IMG/VR virus record: IMGVR_UViG_3300031576_001126
Span: 32,001 to 96,000 of that record
Source of the DNA: a virus
Direction: 5' to 3' (one strand)
Length of the DNA: 64,000 nt
The stretch's first letter is position 1; each line of letters starts with the position of its first letter. The notes under the pieces were generated by a model that was not told the DNA's origin, ran no database searches, and saw only the letters and a list, made by a program, of their open reading frames with translations. Position numbers and translations under genes: made by a program. Below are positions 29,222 through 40,900 of this stretch, in pieces.

Positions 29222-30553
29222 ATGGCAAGTCAGATTCAATTCGATATATCAATATCCGCTTCTGCTCCAATTGTCGCTGCAATTGGTTCGGCTAATCTTT
29301 TATTGAATGGAAGTTTTGAAAGTTTTGAATCTCTTACTCCTTTTCTCCCTTCGGATTGGGTTTTGCTTCCACTTCCTCCGGGACCAGGAAGTCCTGTTTT
29401 TGGACCTGAGACATCAACTGTTTTTGATGAAATAAAAAGCCTTAAGTGGTCCCACGATGGAATCGGGCAGCGTCCAAGCATTCAACAAATAATAACCGCT
29501 CAAACATACATGGATGGTAAAACCATGAAGGTGACCGGGAAAATCAGGTCATCAACATCAGACAAACAAACTTTGTCTATGTCGGTAGGCATTAACGGAG
29601 TTGGAACACCAACTCTTGTCTTGCCAAATGGTAGTCAGAATGAGAACATAGAAACTCCAGAAACTGGGGTTGTTTTTAATTTAGAATATGATAATCAACA
29701 ATGGTATGATTTTGATTTTTATTATCATGTTCCAGAATCTGGAATTTTTTCATTAGGCCCAGTTCTTTTCCCAACAGCGACAGACAGTACCACGGAAGTT
29801 TATCTCGATGATGTAAGAATGTTTTTTGAAATAACGAATAGGTCGGAATCGTGGAGAATAGATCTTGAACCAATTGATAATCTTCTTTATGGATATGGAT
29901 ATGGGTATTCATATGATTTTATAAATGTTGGAGATCCAATTGACTTAACCGATTTGAGTTATTTTAATGTATTCGGTATTCTTGGAGATTATGAAGGAAT
30001 TGGATATAATAATACAGTAACAAATATTGACTTGCCATCTGAGTTTGTTGATGCCGGATATCAATATGGATTTGGTTATGAGTCAGGACCATTCTTCAAG
30101 GCTGACGGAGAAGACACCATAACAGTCAGAGCAACTGTTTTTGAAAACAATATAAGACAACCGAATATAAGAGTTGTTTTTAAAGCATCTCCGTTTGTTA
30201 CTTTGTCCCCGCATTCAACTACCACGGATGCTTTTGGAGAAGCCTTTTGTAATGTGAGTTTCAATTCCGATGTAAGCCAAAACACTTTAAGACAACCTGG
30301 AAATACAGTTTTATCAAATGTTAGCTTCAATGGATTTCTTTCGATATTTTGTGAGATTGATAAAAACCCAGAAGAAGAAGAGGGAATATTCTTAATACAA
30401 ACAAGCTCTGTGCAAGTAACGAACACATCCTTAAATATATTGGATATAGGAACATATGGGTTCGGAAAAAGGACATATGGGTATGGCTATAATTACGGAT
30501 ACGGTTATACTCCAAATAATTTTGATATAAATGATCTGTTTTTCATATCGTGA
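29222..30553 (+). CDS. 443-aa protein: CBM-like domain + Tyr/Gly tag + Big_1 (invasin/intimin Ig-like) domain + C-terminal YGYG tail
   Basis: NLLLNGSFE...KSLKWSHDG...VYLDDVRM. KADGEDTITVRATV...VVF...LSPHSTTTDAFGEA is a Big_1 signature. Confidence 0.7.
   Translation: MASQIQFDISISASAPIVAAIGSANLLLNGSFESFESLTPFLPSDWVLLPLPPGPGSPVFGPETSTVFDEIKSLKWSHDGIGQRPSIQQIITAQTYMDGKTMKVTGKIRSSTSDKQTLSMSVGINGVGTPTLVLPNGSQNENIETPETGVVFNLEYDNQQWYDFDFYYHVPESGIFSLGPVLFPTATDSTTEVYLDDVRMFFEITNRSESWRIDLEPIDNLLYGYGYGYSYDFINVGDPIDLTDLSYFNVFGILGDYEGIGYNNTVTNIDLPSEFVDAGYQYGFGYESGPFFKADGEDTITVRATVFENNIRQPNIRVVFKASPFVTLSPHSTTTDAFGEAFCNVSFNSDVSQNTLRQPGNTVLSNVSFNGFLSIFCEIDKNPEEEEGIFLIQTSSVQVTNTSLNILDIGTYGFGKRTYGYGYNYGYGYTPNNFDINDLFFIS
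29888..30082 (+). repeat. Tyr/Gly tag copy 4 (divergent); partial extra copy at 30455-30508
   Basis: YGYGYGYSY...LSYFNVFG...GYQYGFGYE. Confidence 0.75.
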
Positions 30554-30623
30554 GGTTAATTAAAAATGTCATCATTACTTTTTATGGGGAAAATATAAAG
30601 GATAAAAGATAAAAATATCTTAA

Positions 30624-30629
30624 AGAGGT
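30624..30629 (+). promoter_or_regulatory. Shine-Dalgarno (AGAGGT) for the 2195-aa ORF
   Basis: 8 nt upstream of ATG 30638. Similar GGAG sites at 163, 9998, 22453 and 56840 precede other starts. Confidence 0.55.
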
Positions 30630-30637
30630 ATTTTCAA

Positions 30638-33600
30638 ATGATATCTAATTACAGTTCCATTTTATATTACAGCCCGAAGTCAAGGATTCCAACCATTATT
30701 CGTCCAATAAACAATAAATTTTGGACAACTGATAGAACCAATGTGTTGTTTGCCTGGATACACAATTCTTTTGATTTACAGTTGGAATATCAAATACAAG
30801 TTTATTCTTTCAATGTGAAACAACAAGCTATCCCCGATGAATGGGAACAATTAATCGAAGAAGGCAATGACGATGTTTCACCATTTGTTGGTTCGCCTGT
30901 TGTTGATATCTCGGAAATAACCACTGCTCAATTCAAATATATAGATTTTTCAAGCATAGCTCCATTCAATGACGTGGATGGGCAGTATCTTTTTCGCCTG
31001 AAAACAAGAGGGAATGTCGCTTCTGAGTGGTCTGATTGGAATACCGACGGAAGGTTGAATCTTGATGCCGTTAACCCAAAAATCAGGAATGTCTGTATTG
31101 AAAGTCCAAGCTCGTTTGACGAGAACAACAAACCCAATATGGCTTCTTTTATATCGGATTTGTCTATGCCCTTTATATCTTCCGAAAGAATAGTTGGTCT
31201 TGGAACAGTAGAGGATAGACACATAGATAGACAGGAAACAGATGGTCTATTTGTTTATTATGACTATAGAGATAATGCTATTGTTCTAAGGGCACAAAAA
31301 GGAGGGGCAACTACAAATCCAAGATTTTATGGAATGATATCTTTTCATGGAACTGAAAATAACATTGTTCCAGATTTTAGTATTCAATCAGCCATTAAAT
31401 CTTCATATCTTTACAAAATAAACAAGGGGCATCTTGAAGGACCCTTTGAACAAACCAGATTTGAAGATGAAAGCAATGGATTCTTTGTTGGAGATACTAT
31501 AGAAAAAATAATATATAAAGATGATTTTGGATCTACGGTAAACGATTTTATTCCAAAGGGGTTCCCAAAATTTTGGCAGGGTGGAATTTATGGTGGAGCT
31601 TCTGATCATGAAAAATATCCAGCAGGGATGGATAGAAACATTTCTTTCTTTTCTGTTTTTCCATTTAGCACGAAAGTCGTAACTAGAACACTAACCTTCC
31701 CACTAGCTGGGCCAACAGGATTTGACCAAACACAGACTTTTACAGATGCCATAGAACTAACATATCCTGTTCCGTATAACGATTTGTTTATTTTATTTGA
31801 TGGAGCCATGTCTAATATATTAGCTTATGGTCAATATAGAGATACAGATTTATCAGCAACAAAAGATAGTGGCGGAAGTTTTGTTCTTCTTCGAGGCTTG
31901 GATGTCGAAAGCTGGAGAGCCTCTGGACAATCCTTACCGAATCCAAAAGATGAACCAAAACATCAATTTTTCAATGTTACTGGAACAGTTTCCAATCCGC
32001 CAACATTAGGCGAGCTAAGAAGAGACCCCGTTCTTAGAGGAGCTTTCCCACAATTTTCAACTGATCAAATTGATAACGGTCAAATTAGATCTCATTATTT
32101 ATTCTATAATTTAACAGCGGATGATGATAATGATAATGCGTTCAAAATCTATCTAAGACCAAAAGCATTAACATTTAGTGAAAATGGAGCAATTGACAAA
32201 ATAGACGAACAAGATTCGGTTCTTTCTTCACAAATCTCATTTATAGATTTTCAAATGTCTCCGGAAACAGATTGTGTTTTTGCTGGAACATCTCCAACTG
32301 GGAATCCAATAAATATTTCCAAAGTATTTATCGGAAAAGGAAAAATTTCTCCAAAAGCCTTGTCATATGCCGAGAGAAATCCACAAGACAAACAATTTTT
32401 GACAAATCCAAAAATAGCCCCAATTCCATTTAAAAACGAGGGGAATTTAACACAGGCAAATAATAGTTTGTGGACCATGGCAAACCGATGGGGAGTTGAA
32501 CAAGATGATGAAAACTTTAGTCATAATCCAGATTCGTACAATGCTTCTTTTAGAATAAAAATCCCATTATATAAATATGTTCCATATTATCATCCTGGAA
32601 GTGTAAATTATTCAAATACTCCAACCAATCCACAACCCCCGGTTCCATACATTTTTGATGCAAATCCTGATCAAGATGTAAATTATGTTATCGGTTGGGA
32701 TACCATAACCATGGAAACCAAAGACGATTCATCGTTTGTAAACGAGGCTTTGCCGCAATCTGATGTTATTTATCGTGGAGATTTTATTAGATTCATGGGC
32801 ACAACCAGAGCCATGGGACAAATCAATCCATTTTTATACAATTTCGAAAAATGGTCGGAGCCTGGAATTGCTCAAGGAACAATTTTAAGAGTAAGAGACG
32901 ATGGAGTATTTCAACCATTTATGTTAAAACCAGAGGATTATTTTTTCTTTGGGAAAACAATGTTTGAAGATGGATGGTTTTATGATGGCACTCATTTTAA
33001 TGGGGTAGACAAGGGATTATATTCAATTGGAGATTTGTTAAGAAATAAAACCTCAACAAACTCTGATATATATATTATAAATTTTTCATCGTATTTGTTT
33101 CGAAGATCCATCGAGGCCGCAAATAAAAGTGTTTTCTTAAGCGCCGATGAATATACAGATGATCTATTCGCTATAGATGATAATATACCAAATCCAAATT
33201 CAACACTGTTGGACGAGACTGTTCTTGAGGCAGCTTCTTCAACAAATGGCCCATCTTTTATTTACAGAATAACAATAGACAATGATTTTCAAAACGCACT
33301 AATTACAGGAGATGACTTGTCTGCTCAGGGACATTATGGAAGAACAGGATCTATTGATGATAGATGGCTGGAAGACGAATCAAACTCATATGGCGGATAT
33401 TATTTGATAGAAAGAATAAGTGATTTCGATACGGCAAATCAAATAAAAAGAATTATCACAATTGGCGGCAGTGACTTTAATTACACCACGATGAGCCCAG
33501 TGGATAGATTCGATATTGATATTACTCCGGTTTCTGGAAAATCAACAAGAATAACTGGAGACAATTTTTCAATGGGCAATATATTTGGCAACATAATACC

Positions 33601-36600
33601 AAACGAAGACAACAAGGTGAAGTTGTTTTTTGATTTTAAAGAAATAAACGCCGGAATAGAAAATATCAAGATATTTCAAGTTGATCTGGAAACAGCGCCC
33701 ATAAATTTTGGGGATACCAACCTCAACGTTATTGATTCGGCCCAATATATAGGGCCTTTAAACACGGGAAACGATGATACAAAAATCGGCATATTGATGC
33801 AGAAGATAAACAATAGACAATTTGATTTGAACATACCATCAACCGTGACAAATGCCTTGGCAATCATTAAAACATCAAGAAGTCCGCTATCTTTGATGGA
33901 ATATTATTTTGATAATAATATAACTTTATGGGAATCAGCCGAAACATCAGAAAGAACAATAATAGACGCAAGCTCAGGAACCCCAACAGAAAAAACGATA
34001 GAATATACTTCAGATCAGGCTGGATATTTTCATGAAATAACAGTCGTTGGAACTGGACTCAAATTGCTGTTTATTCAAGCACAAGATAGAAGCGGAAATA
34101 TTTCCGACATTTATAGCGTTCCAGTTTTTATTCCTGCGGCTTCAACAATACAACAAACGAACAGCATTAAGAGCGCTGTAACTTCCGCCGATGACGGACA
34201 AGTCATAAGAACAACAACAACGGCAACAATTTACGGAAATGATTTTAATTTTGTTGAACACCTTCTTACTGTAGATGTCGATAAATCAAGATCTATAATG
34301 ATAAAAAAATTAATTATAGAAGATTTGGAAGATCCTGGCAATTATAGAGCCGTAGAAAACGTAAACGATCTCCTTGCTGGATTTAGTGATAATTATGGAT
34401 TAAGTTACAATCTATATTCTCCTTTGTCTTCAATTACATCCTGGAGATTCACAAGGCCATTTTCCATAAGAATAAAATCTCTAGACGAAAATTTAAGAAA
34501 GAAAGAACCTATGTGGTATTTCGATCCCAACCACGTAAGACATTATAAGACCGATACTGATGCTGATTTTATCTTATTAAGTCAAAATGATAAAATTCAA
34601 TCAAATAATTCCGTGTCCAACGTTACTCTTTTTGGGTTTCAACTTTCATCATCGGGAAGTGTTAACGACACAAATCCGGTGGCTGACATATTGTATAAAT
34701 TTAAAGAAGAGTTTATTGGGAAAACAATAAAACTTGGAAATATAATGGACAGGTCTTTCACTATTCTGAATATATTTAAAAAATCTTTGAATTCTGTTCT
34801 TAAAACAGCAGAACCAAATTCTCAAGCGGTTCATTCGAGTGGAACAAAAACAATAGATGGATCAACTGAAAAAGTTTGGGTTGTAATAGAAGATCCAGAT
34901 GCCCTCGGAGCTATGATAGCCAGTCGTAAAATGCAATATGCCAGAAGCAACAGCAACCAAGCTAATTTTGATAGGTTTAAAAAACACACATTCAAAAACA
35001 ATAGCACGGACTTTTCGGGCTCTGTATATACCCAAGTTTTTGGATACGAACCAGTTGAAGCCAATATAGATGATGCTATAAATGAACTTGTAAATGATGC
35101 TTTAAAAATGAATGGGAACGTTATAGCCACGAATGGGAATCCAAATACCTCACCAATAATAAATACGCCCGGTAATGCTGGTGATTTTTCAGAGGGTGAA
35201 CTTAGCATTTTCTTTATTCCAAATTCGGCTCTTAATGCTTCTAGCGGAGTGCCGACGGACGAAGGCTGGACAACACAATTGTTTCAGGCATTTAATGTTA
35301 ATGAAAATGATGAAATAATAGAATCGTCTGGATTAACAATTCTGAATAACTTGACCCAAAGGCAATTAATTGGACTAAAAGTATATAATAGATTTGTTTT
35401 TGGGGAAAGACTTTCTCTAAAGGCCGACATTGATTCTACAAGTATTTTTTCAGTGCCTCTTGGTGGGAGTTTGTTGCTTCTTGATGGAGATCCATTTGAC
35501 GAAACAATGGTTTCCATGGCTTATAAAATAAGAAATAAAACCATAGATGTATTTTTGGAAATAAACAATCCTCAAATAAAAAGGGTAGAAATTGAAGGAC
35601 AAAGTGTCGTTGTCGAAGATGATATTATAGGTTTGATGAATTTTTCTCTCTATGAATATGAATTCATTGTTGAAATAGATCCATTGGACTCTATAGATCC
35701 GGCTTCTGAGGAAAACTTGATTGATGGTTGGTGGCCATCAATCGAGGGTTTGGTTGTTCCTCCCCTGGGAAACAGACTTGGAACAGTTGGATTGTCGAAC
35801 ACTTCGGCAAGAGAAAATGTTGATTTTGCTGTAGTTTCTAATGGGTCTTTTTATGTTCCAGAAAATGGACATTATACTTTCAAATTGGAAATTGACAGTA
35901 GTCTTGGAACTTACGCTGATTTGAACATAGATTTTTTAAGAAATTCATTTGGAGAAGAGATAACAACTACAGTAAAAGATATAATAGATTTTGGCGGGGT
36001 TTTTGTTGAAGAAGATGTTGGAGGATTTTTTAGCACAAATTTAGCAAATCCAGAAAAAACATATTATTTAACCAAGGGATGGCATATAGGAAGATTTAGA
36101 TATGTTGCAAAAGATCAATCAAATACAAATTCAGCAAGTATTTTATATAGCAAAGCAAGCTGGGATGATTCGTCTCTGAAAGCCCCAATGGTGGGAGATA
36201 ATTCTTCAAAATACAGTTTCTTATCAAGAAGTTATAGATCAATATTTTGCAAAATAAGAAATCAACAATTTGAACAAATTTATCCGGATTTATCGGCATC
36301 ATCTATTTCTGCAAGTCAATTTTGTAGAACTGTTCTTGGATTCATCAGAGAGTTAACGGATGTAAGTTCTTCAAATACAGTTAATCAAGTAGCTTTAATT
36401 GAGAGAAATCCACTAGAACCTGATTTTGGAGAAAGAATTTCGACAACTCTCCCCGAAGCTTCTCCAACCTTCGGAGGACAAAAGTTTGAAGAGGTATATG
36501 CGATATATATCTCGAATATCTTTGATACTGGTCTCGATTTTCGTTTTTATCGCACAATTTCTTGGACTCCTCTTCCAACAAGTCTCCCTGCGGGGACAAG

Positions 36601-37225
36601 TGTTGAATTTGAAATCCGCACAGGCTCGACAGAAGATGAATTATTAAGCAGAGAATTCAATACCATAATAGCAAATGACGAGACAATAACTTTTGAGCCA
36701 TTCACTTCACCCGGTGCTGATATTATAAGATTCTCCCACACTGGAGCAGGCGATGACCCAGATGATATTAAATTGAATAGATTTATTCAATTTAAAATGA
36801 CATTAAGATCAAGAATAAGAGATGTCACTCCTCAAGTTGATGATGTTACAATAGCATACTCAAAAAGTAATTCTGTTAATTTTTTCACGACCAGTTTTAA
36901 TTTACAAAGCAGACTTTTAAGGGGTATTTTGACGTATAATGGAGAAAAACCTGTTGATCCTAGTGGAATTGCTCTGACCGACATTCAGTTTGGGATTTCG
37001 ACTGAAGAAGTATCAGATGGAATAGTCTCTACAAATTTCTCGGATTACAAAATAATAAATCCAAATGAGGTTTTTTCACTATCTCAAATTGGAGTTCCCG
37101 AAGGTAAAAACTTTAGGGTTGGAATCAGACTAATAAGCAGTTCGGAAAAAGTGCCTGTTGTAGATGAATTCGCAATTATGTTTTCCACTGATGGAAATTC
37201 TGAGCAACTTAATAAGGTTGCATAA
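30638..37225 (+). CDS. Large putative virion protein (2195 aa): N-terminal FN3/Ig-like domain, PA14-like domain, C-terminal beta-sandwich
   Basis: PTIIRP..LFAW..YQIQV..DGQYLFRLKT..SEWSDW (FN3-like). DFAVVSNGSFYVPENGHYTFKL...LTKGWHIGRFRY (PA14-like). ISW..PAGTSVEFEIRTG...RFIQFKMTL..TPQVDDVTIAY. Confidence 0.7.
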   Translation: MISNYSSILYYSPKSRIPTIIRPINNKFWTTDRTNVLFAWIHNSFDLQLEYQIQVYSFNVKQQAIPDEWEQLIEEGNDDVSPFVGSPVVDISEITTAQFKYIDFSSIAPFNDVDGQYLFRLKTRGNVASEWSDWNTDGRLNLDAVNPKIRNVCIESPSSFDENNKPNMASFISDLSMPFISSERIVGLGTVEDRHIDRQETDGLFVYYDYRDNAIVLRAQKGGATTNPRFYGMISFHGTENNIVPDFSIQSAIKSSYLYKINKGHLEGPFEQTRFEDESNGFFVGDTIEKIIYKDDFGSTVNDFIPKGFPKFWQGGIYGGASDHEKYPAGMDRNISFFSVFPFSTKVVTRTLTFPLAGPTGFDQTQTFTDAIELTYPVPYNDLFILFDGAMSNILAYGQYRDTDLSATKDSGGSFVLLRGLDVESWRASGQSLPNPKDEPKHQFFNVTGTVSNPPTLGELRRDPVLRGAFPQFSTDQIDNGQIRSHYLFYNLTADDDNDNAFKIYLRPKALTFSENGAIDKIDEQDSVLSSQISFIDFQMSPETDCVFAGTSPTGNPINISKVFIGKGKISPKALSYAERNPQDKQFLTNPKIAPIPFKNEGNLTQANNSLWTMANRWGVEQDDENFSHNPDSYNASFRIKIPLYKYVPYYHPGSVNYSNTPTNPQPPVPYIFDANPDQDVNYVIGWDTITMETKDDSSFVNEALPQSDVIYRGDFIRFMGTTRAMGQINPFLYNFEKWSEPGIAQGTILRVRDDGVFQPFMLKPEDYFFFGKTMFEDGWFYDGTHFNGVDKGLYSIGDLLRNKTSTNSDIYIINFSSYLFRRSIEAANKSVFLSADEYTDDLFAIDDNIPNPNSTLLDETVLEAASSTNGPSFIYRITIDNDFQNALITGDDLSAQGHYGRTGSIDDRWLEDESNSYGGYYLIERISDFDTANQIKRIITIGGSDFNYTTMSPVDRFDIDITPVSGKSTRITGDNFSMGNIFGNIIPNEDNKVKLFFDFKEINAGIENIKIFQVDLETAPINFGDTNLNVIDSAQYIGPLNTGNDDTKIGILMQKINNRQFDLNIPSTVTNALAIIKTSRSPLSLMEYYFDNNITLWESAETSERTIIDASSGTPTEKTIEYTSDQAGYFHEITVVGTGLKLLFIQAQDRSGNISDIYSVPVFIPAASTIQQTNSIKSAVTSADDGQVIRTTTTATIYGNDFNFVEHLLTVDVDKSRSIMIKKLIIEDLEDPGNYRAVENVNDLLAGFSDNYGLSYNLYSPLSSITSWRFTRPFSIRIKSLDENLRKKEPMWYFDPNHVRHYKTDTDADFILLSQNDKIQSNNSVSNVTLFGFQLSSSGSVNDTNPVADILYKFKEEFIGKTIKLGNIMDRSFTILNIFKKSLNSVLKTAEPNSQAVHSSGTKTIDGSTEKVWVVIEDPDALGAMIASRKMQYARSNSNQANFDRFKKHTFKNNSTDFSGSVYTQVFGYEPVEANIDDAINELVNDALKMNGNVIATNGNPNTSPIINTPGNAGDFSEGELSIFFIPNSALNASSGVPTDEGWTTQLFQAFNVNENDEIIESSGLTILNNLTQRQLIGLKVYNRFVFGERLSLKADIDSTSIFSVPLGGSLLLLDGDPFDETMVSMAYKIRNKTIDVFLEINNPQIKRVEIEGQSVVVEDDIIGLMNFSLYEYEFIVEIDPLDSIDPASEENLIDGWWPSIEGLVVPPLGNRLGTVGLSNTSARENVDFAVVSNGSFYVPENGHYTFKLEIDSSLGTYADLNIDFLRNSFGEEITTTVKDIIDFGGVFVEEDVGGFFSTNLANPEKTYYLTKGWHIGRFRYVAKDQSNTNSASILYSKASWDDSSLKAPMVGDNSSKYSFLSRSYRSIFCKIRNQQFEQIYPDLSASSISASQFCRTVLGFIRELTDVSSSNTVNQVALIERNPLEPDFGERISTTLPEASPTFGGQKFEEVYAIYISNIFDTGLDFRFYRTISWTPLPTSLPAGTSVEFEIRTGSTEDELLSREFNTIIANDETITFEPFTSPGADIIRFSHTGAGDDPDDIKLNRFIQFKMTLRSRIRDVTPQVDDVTIAYSKSNSVNFFTTSFNLQSRLLRGILTYNGEKPVDPSGIALTDIQFGISTEEVSDGIVSTNFSDYKIINPNEVFSLSQIGVPEGKNFRVGIRLISSSEKVPVVDEFAIMFSTDGNSEQLNKVA
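35810..36165 (+). other. PA14-like carbohydrate-binding domain
   Basis: F(A/S)VxxxGxxxxPxxGxYTF...LxxGxHxxxxxY consensus is visible. Confidence 0.55.
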
Positions 37226-37229
37226 ATAC

Positions 37230-37973
37230 ATGAAAAGAACTGGAATAATTTACAAAGCAACAAATAAAATTAACGGCAAATCTTATGTCGGACAAACAAT
37301 AAAAGGTTTTTCAGAAAGAGTTTCTACCCATAAATATGATCAAAAAAATAAAAATTTCCCATTTCAAATGGCTCTTAGAAAATATGGATTTGACAATTTT
37401 GAATGGTCTATAATAAAAGAAAACATTAATATTGAAAAACTAGATGATGAAGAAAAAGAACAAATTATAGTTAACAATACTATGTCTCCCTTTGGATATA
37501 ATGTGACTTGTGGAGGAAATTCAAAGAAAGTGTTTTCAGAAGAATCAAGAAAAAAAATGTCGGAATATGCAAAAAATAGAACACAAGAACACAAAAACAA
37601 ACTAATAGTATCGAGAAACGGATATGTGCATTCAGAAACGACTAGGATGAAAATATCCCAAAAAAATAAGGGGAAGATTGTTTCAAAAGAAATTATAGAT
37701 AGAATTTCAAAAAAAAATACCGGCAAAAAACGTTCGGAAGAAATGAAAAAAAAATTTTCTTTGCGTAATGCAAAAAAAGGAATTAACAAAAATAATACTT
37801 CTGGCTTCAAGGGAGTTAAAAAAACAGGAGATGGGTGGCAAGCTATTTTTAAAGGAAAAAGAGTTGGATTTTTTGCAACGCCCCAAGAAGCTGCAATGGC
37901 ATATGATAACAAAATTATAGAAAACTATGGTATTGATAATTGTGTAACAAATAAAATTCTGGGATTAATATAA
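37230..37973 (+). mobile_element. Free-standing homing endonuclease: GIY-YIG nuclease + NUMOD3 repeats + AP2 DNA-binding domain (247 aa)
   Basis: True start is probably MKRTGIIYKATNKINGKSYVGQT (ATG 37230, 4 nt after the upstream stop), followed by ERVSTH (catalytic R), E and GYN. NUMOD3-like FSEESRKKMS, HSETTRMKISQKNKG, RSEEMKKKFS. AP2-like NNTSGFKGV...WQA...VGFFATPQEAAMAYD. Confidence 0.9.
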
Positions 37974-37974
37974 C

Positions 37975-40900
37975 ATGGCAAATAGACGCACTAGTAAATA
38001 TTTGCTTCAATATTTTGAAGATGGCGATGTATATTCGGCGAAAGCTGATATGCAACGTTTCCAAACAGTAGAGAATCAACTTGATTTGGCATTAAAATTA
38101 AGCGGGGGAGGCGTACTGAGTGGATGGGGATTGTTACAGACTTCAGATCAATCTGGAACCACGGCGATAACTATAAATCCCGGTTTTGGAATTGTTCCAT
38201 TTACCCTCACCAAAATAGATCAAATTACTGGTGTTGCAACAAAAGAACAACATTTTATTGGTGTTAGAACTAATGCCCCCATAATTATCCCAAATTTGGG
38301 ATTAAATAGAATAAGTGTAATTTATATCGAAATAAACAATCAACTTATACAAAATTTACAAAATAATCCAGAAGCTATTATCGATCTTTCCGAAGAAGCA
38401 ATATTAATAATTGTAAGACCCTCTATAAACTCTCCAGCAGGATCCGGACCCTATAGAACAACGACATCGACAAACGAAGCCGGTCTTGAAAAAGATATCT
38501 CAACAGGACAGTCGTTTGATGAATATCCTATTTATTTTAAAAAAATAGATGGATTAACATTTATTCCAGATAACAATAAAGCCGTAGTTTTTATAAATGA
38601 TAAAAAGCTTTTTAGGAGATATTTTACAACCGGGTCCCAGGGAAATGTTATAGGTTTTAACGATCCTCTTCATCAAGAAGATAATGTTATTGTTCGTGTC
38701 GATCCATTAAACAGCTTAGTTATTGGTGAAGTTCGCACAGACAATACTAAAGTAATAGATATAAACAATGAAGCAAAAGAATTTGCAAGAGAAAAATCGG
38801 CAGATTCTTTGGTTGGTCCCGCAACACAATCTCATGTTCATGATGGTCAAGAAGGCAATCCGTCTAAAATTCTATTGACTACAAAAACTGATTTTATATC
38901 TCCATCATCTACGTCGGAAGACAGAATTTTTACTTTTAACAAACCCGACGAATCTGTTTATGGACATAATTTTGCTAATGGAACTTATGAAACTTTTGTT
39001 TATATAAATGGATTTTTTAGTTTTAATAGCGCATCTGTTTTGGATAATGGGAGCACCATAACTGTCACATTTCAACAAAGCTTAGAGCCAATAGATGTTG
39101 TTCAGATTGTTTTAGTTTTGAACAATGATCAAACACAAATAAAAAGCACATTAAATCTTTCAGGAAACAATCCATCTGAAGAAAAAGTCGATATAAACAT
39201 ATCTGGAGATAGTATAAAATTAGATCAGATAGATCCTATTTTAATTCCTGCTATAAGTCATATCGGAAGACACAAAGAGGCAATGCGTCCCGGAAATGAT
39301 CCCTTTTCGTCCAGAGAATATGTCCATCGTTCTGAAAATTTCGATTATCAAGAATTTTATCCAGTTCACAAGAATAAATTTAACGCAAGAAATGCAAAGC
39401 ATATCTTTTTTGATGAAAAAAATTCATCTTTAAAATTAATACATGCTTGTGCTTCTAATGATTTTTTGTATATGGAAACAGACAAATTGATGTTTCAATT
39501 GCCTGAAAATTTTATTGGTGGATGGTCAAGTATAACTTTAAACAAAGATATAAATGAATATGATTCTCCATTTATTATAATCCCAGTAAAAAATCCAATA
39601 AATATCACATCTGATAATTGGGATAGATTGTTTTACGTCGGAAATAGATTTATAAATCAAAACGACTGGCAAGATTTGAACAATCCTGATTTGGACGAAA
39701 TAGTAAATCTTTCATTTGATTTAAATACCACGCCCAATACAGCTAACAGAACCAATATCAATGGCATCAGAATACAAGACGCATGTGGTGGGGAAAGTCC
39801 ACTTTTGATGGATAAAACCGCTTTTATGTTATTGGATAATAGAGTTTATGTTTATGATTATATTTCTAATTTGAGCAAATATTTCTGGCTTGATATAACC
39901 TCGACTCCTCTATGGAATGAGGCTGTAAGTTTGAGTTGCATTGAGGTTGAAGAAAATACAATTCTTTTTGTTGGCACTTCTGATGGGAAAATTTATTGCA
40001 ATATATTGGCAAGCTCTGAAATAAACAATAGAATAGATTCTGGAGCTAATTTTGTTCCTAATGGAAATATTGATTTTAAACCATTCAATATATGGGAAAA
40101 TAATTCTTATAGTTATGGATATGGGTATAGCCAAGCTATTGATTTTTTTGATGTGTTTGGGGTTAGAGGAAATGTTTTTGGATACGGAACATCGGGATAT
40201 GGTTTCGGGAATGAAGAAAAACTTCCAATAAAAGTCGACAATAATTTATTATTTGTAACAGCCAATGTTTCAGAAAAAAATACTGTTGCTACTGTATCAG
40301 ACACCAGCCTATCTCTTGTTAATAATTTATTAAATACTTTTGTTGGGAAAACAAGCGGACTTCCAAACAGCTTTGTTTTATTAGATTGGTTTGAAATAGC
40401 AAATGGACTATCGGGAGAGATTAGAAAAGTAATATTTTCAAACGACAGGCTTGTTGTCACGTCCGATAGCGATGTTTATTATAGTGATGAGGTTGGAGAT
40501 AAAACAAATTTATATTTTAAAGAAGACTATACATGGACGAATGCCTTTGCTCCATCAGATACACACAATGATATTAATTCAACAAGTAATGACATTTTAA
40601 TATTGGCATCAGATAATAGCATTTACCGTGGTGTTTGGAATGGTTTGTTTTATTCATGGTCAGTTTCTGAGAATACAATATATGGAATATCTATAAATAA
40701 TATATTACATCCGTCTTCAACCATTATTGTTGATGAGAATGATATTTATTCTTGTGGGAAATATGGAATTTTCAAAAGTGTTGACGAAGGATTATCTTGG
40801 AGATCAACAACTCAAATAATCGGTCTTCCTGAAGATAGAAATTCTGTTTTTACCACAGAAAAGATAGAACTTAGAGTTTTAGATACCGATCCATCCCTTG

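Noticed and set aside
30552-30598. GAGGT followed by a 10-codon ORF (MSSLLFMGKI) in the only sizeable intergenic gap
   Set aside because: Too short to support. I could not identify a convincing promoter or terminator here either.
37164-37229. ORF-track start of the endonuclease at 37164
   Set aside because: It overlaps the upstream gene by about 60 nt. The GIY motif begins just after ATG 37230.
37226-37974. Group I intron interrupting one larger gene
   Set aside because: No non-coding flanks for intron structure. The downstream gene has its own N-terminus homologous to the start of ORF 175.
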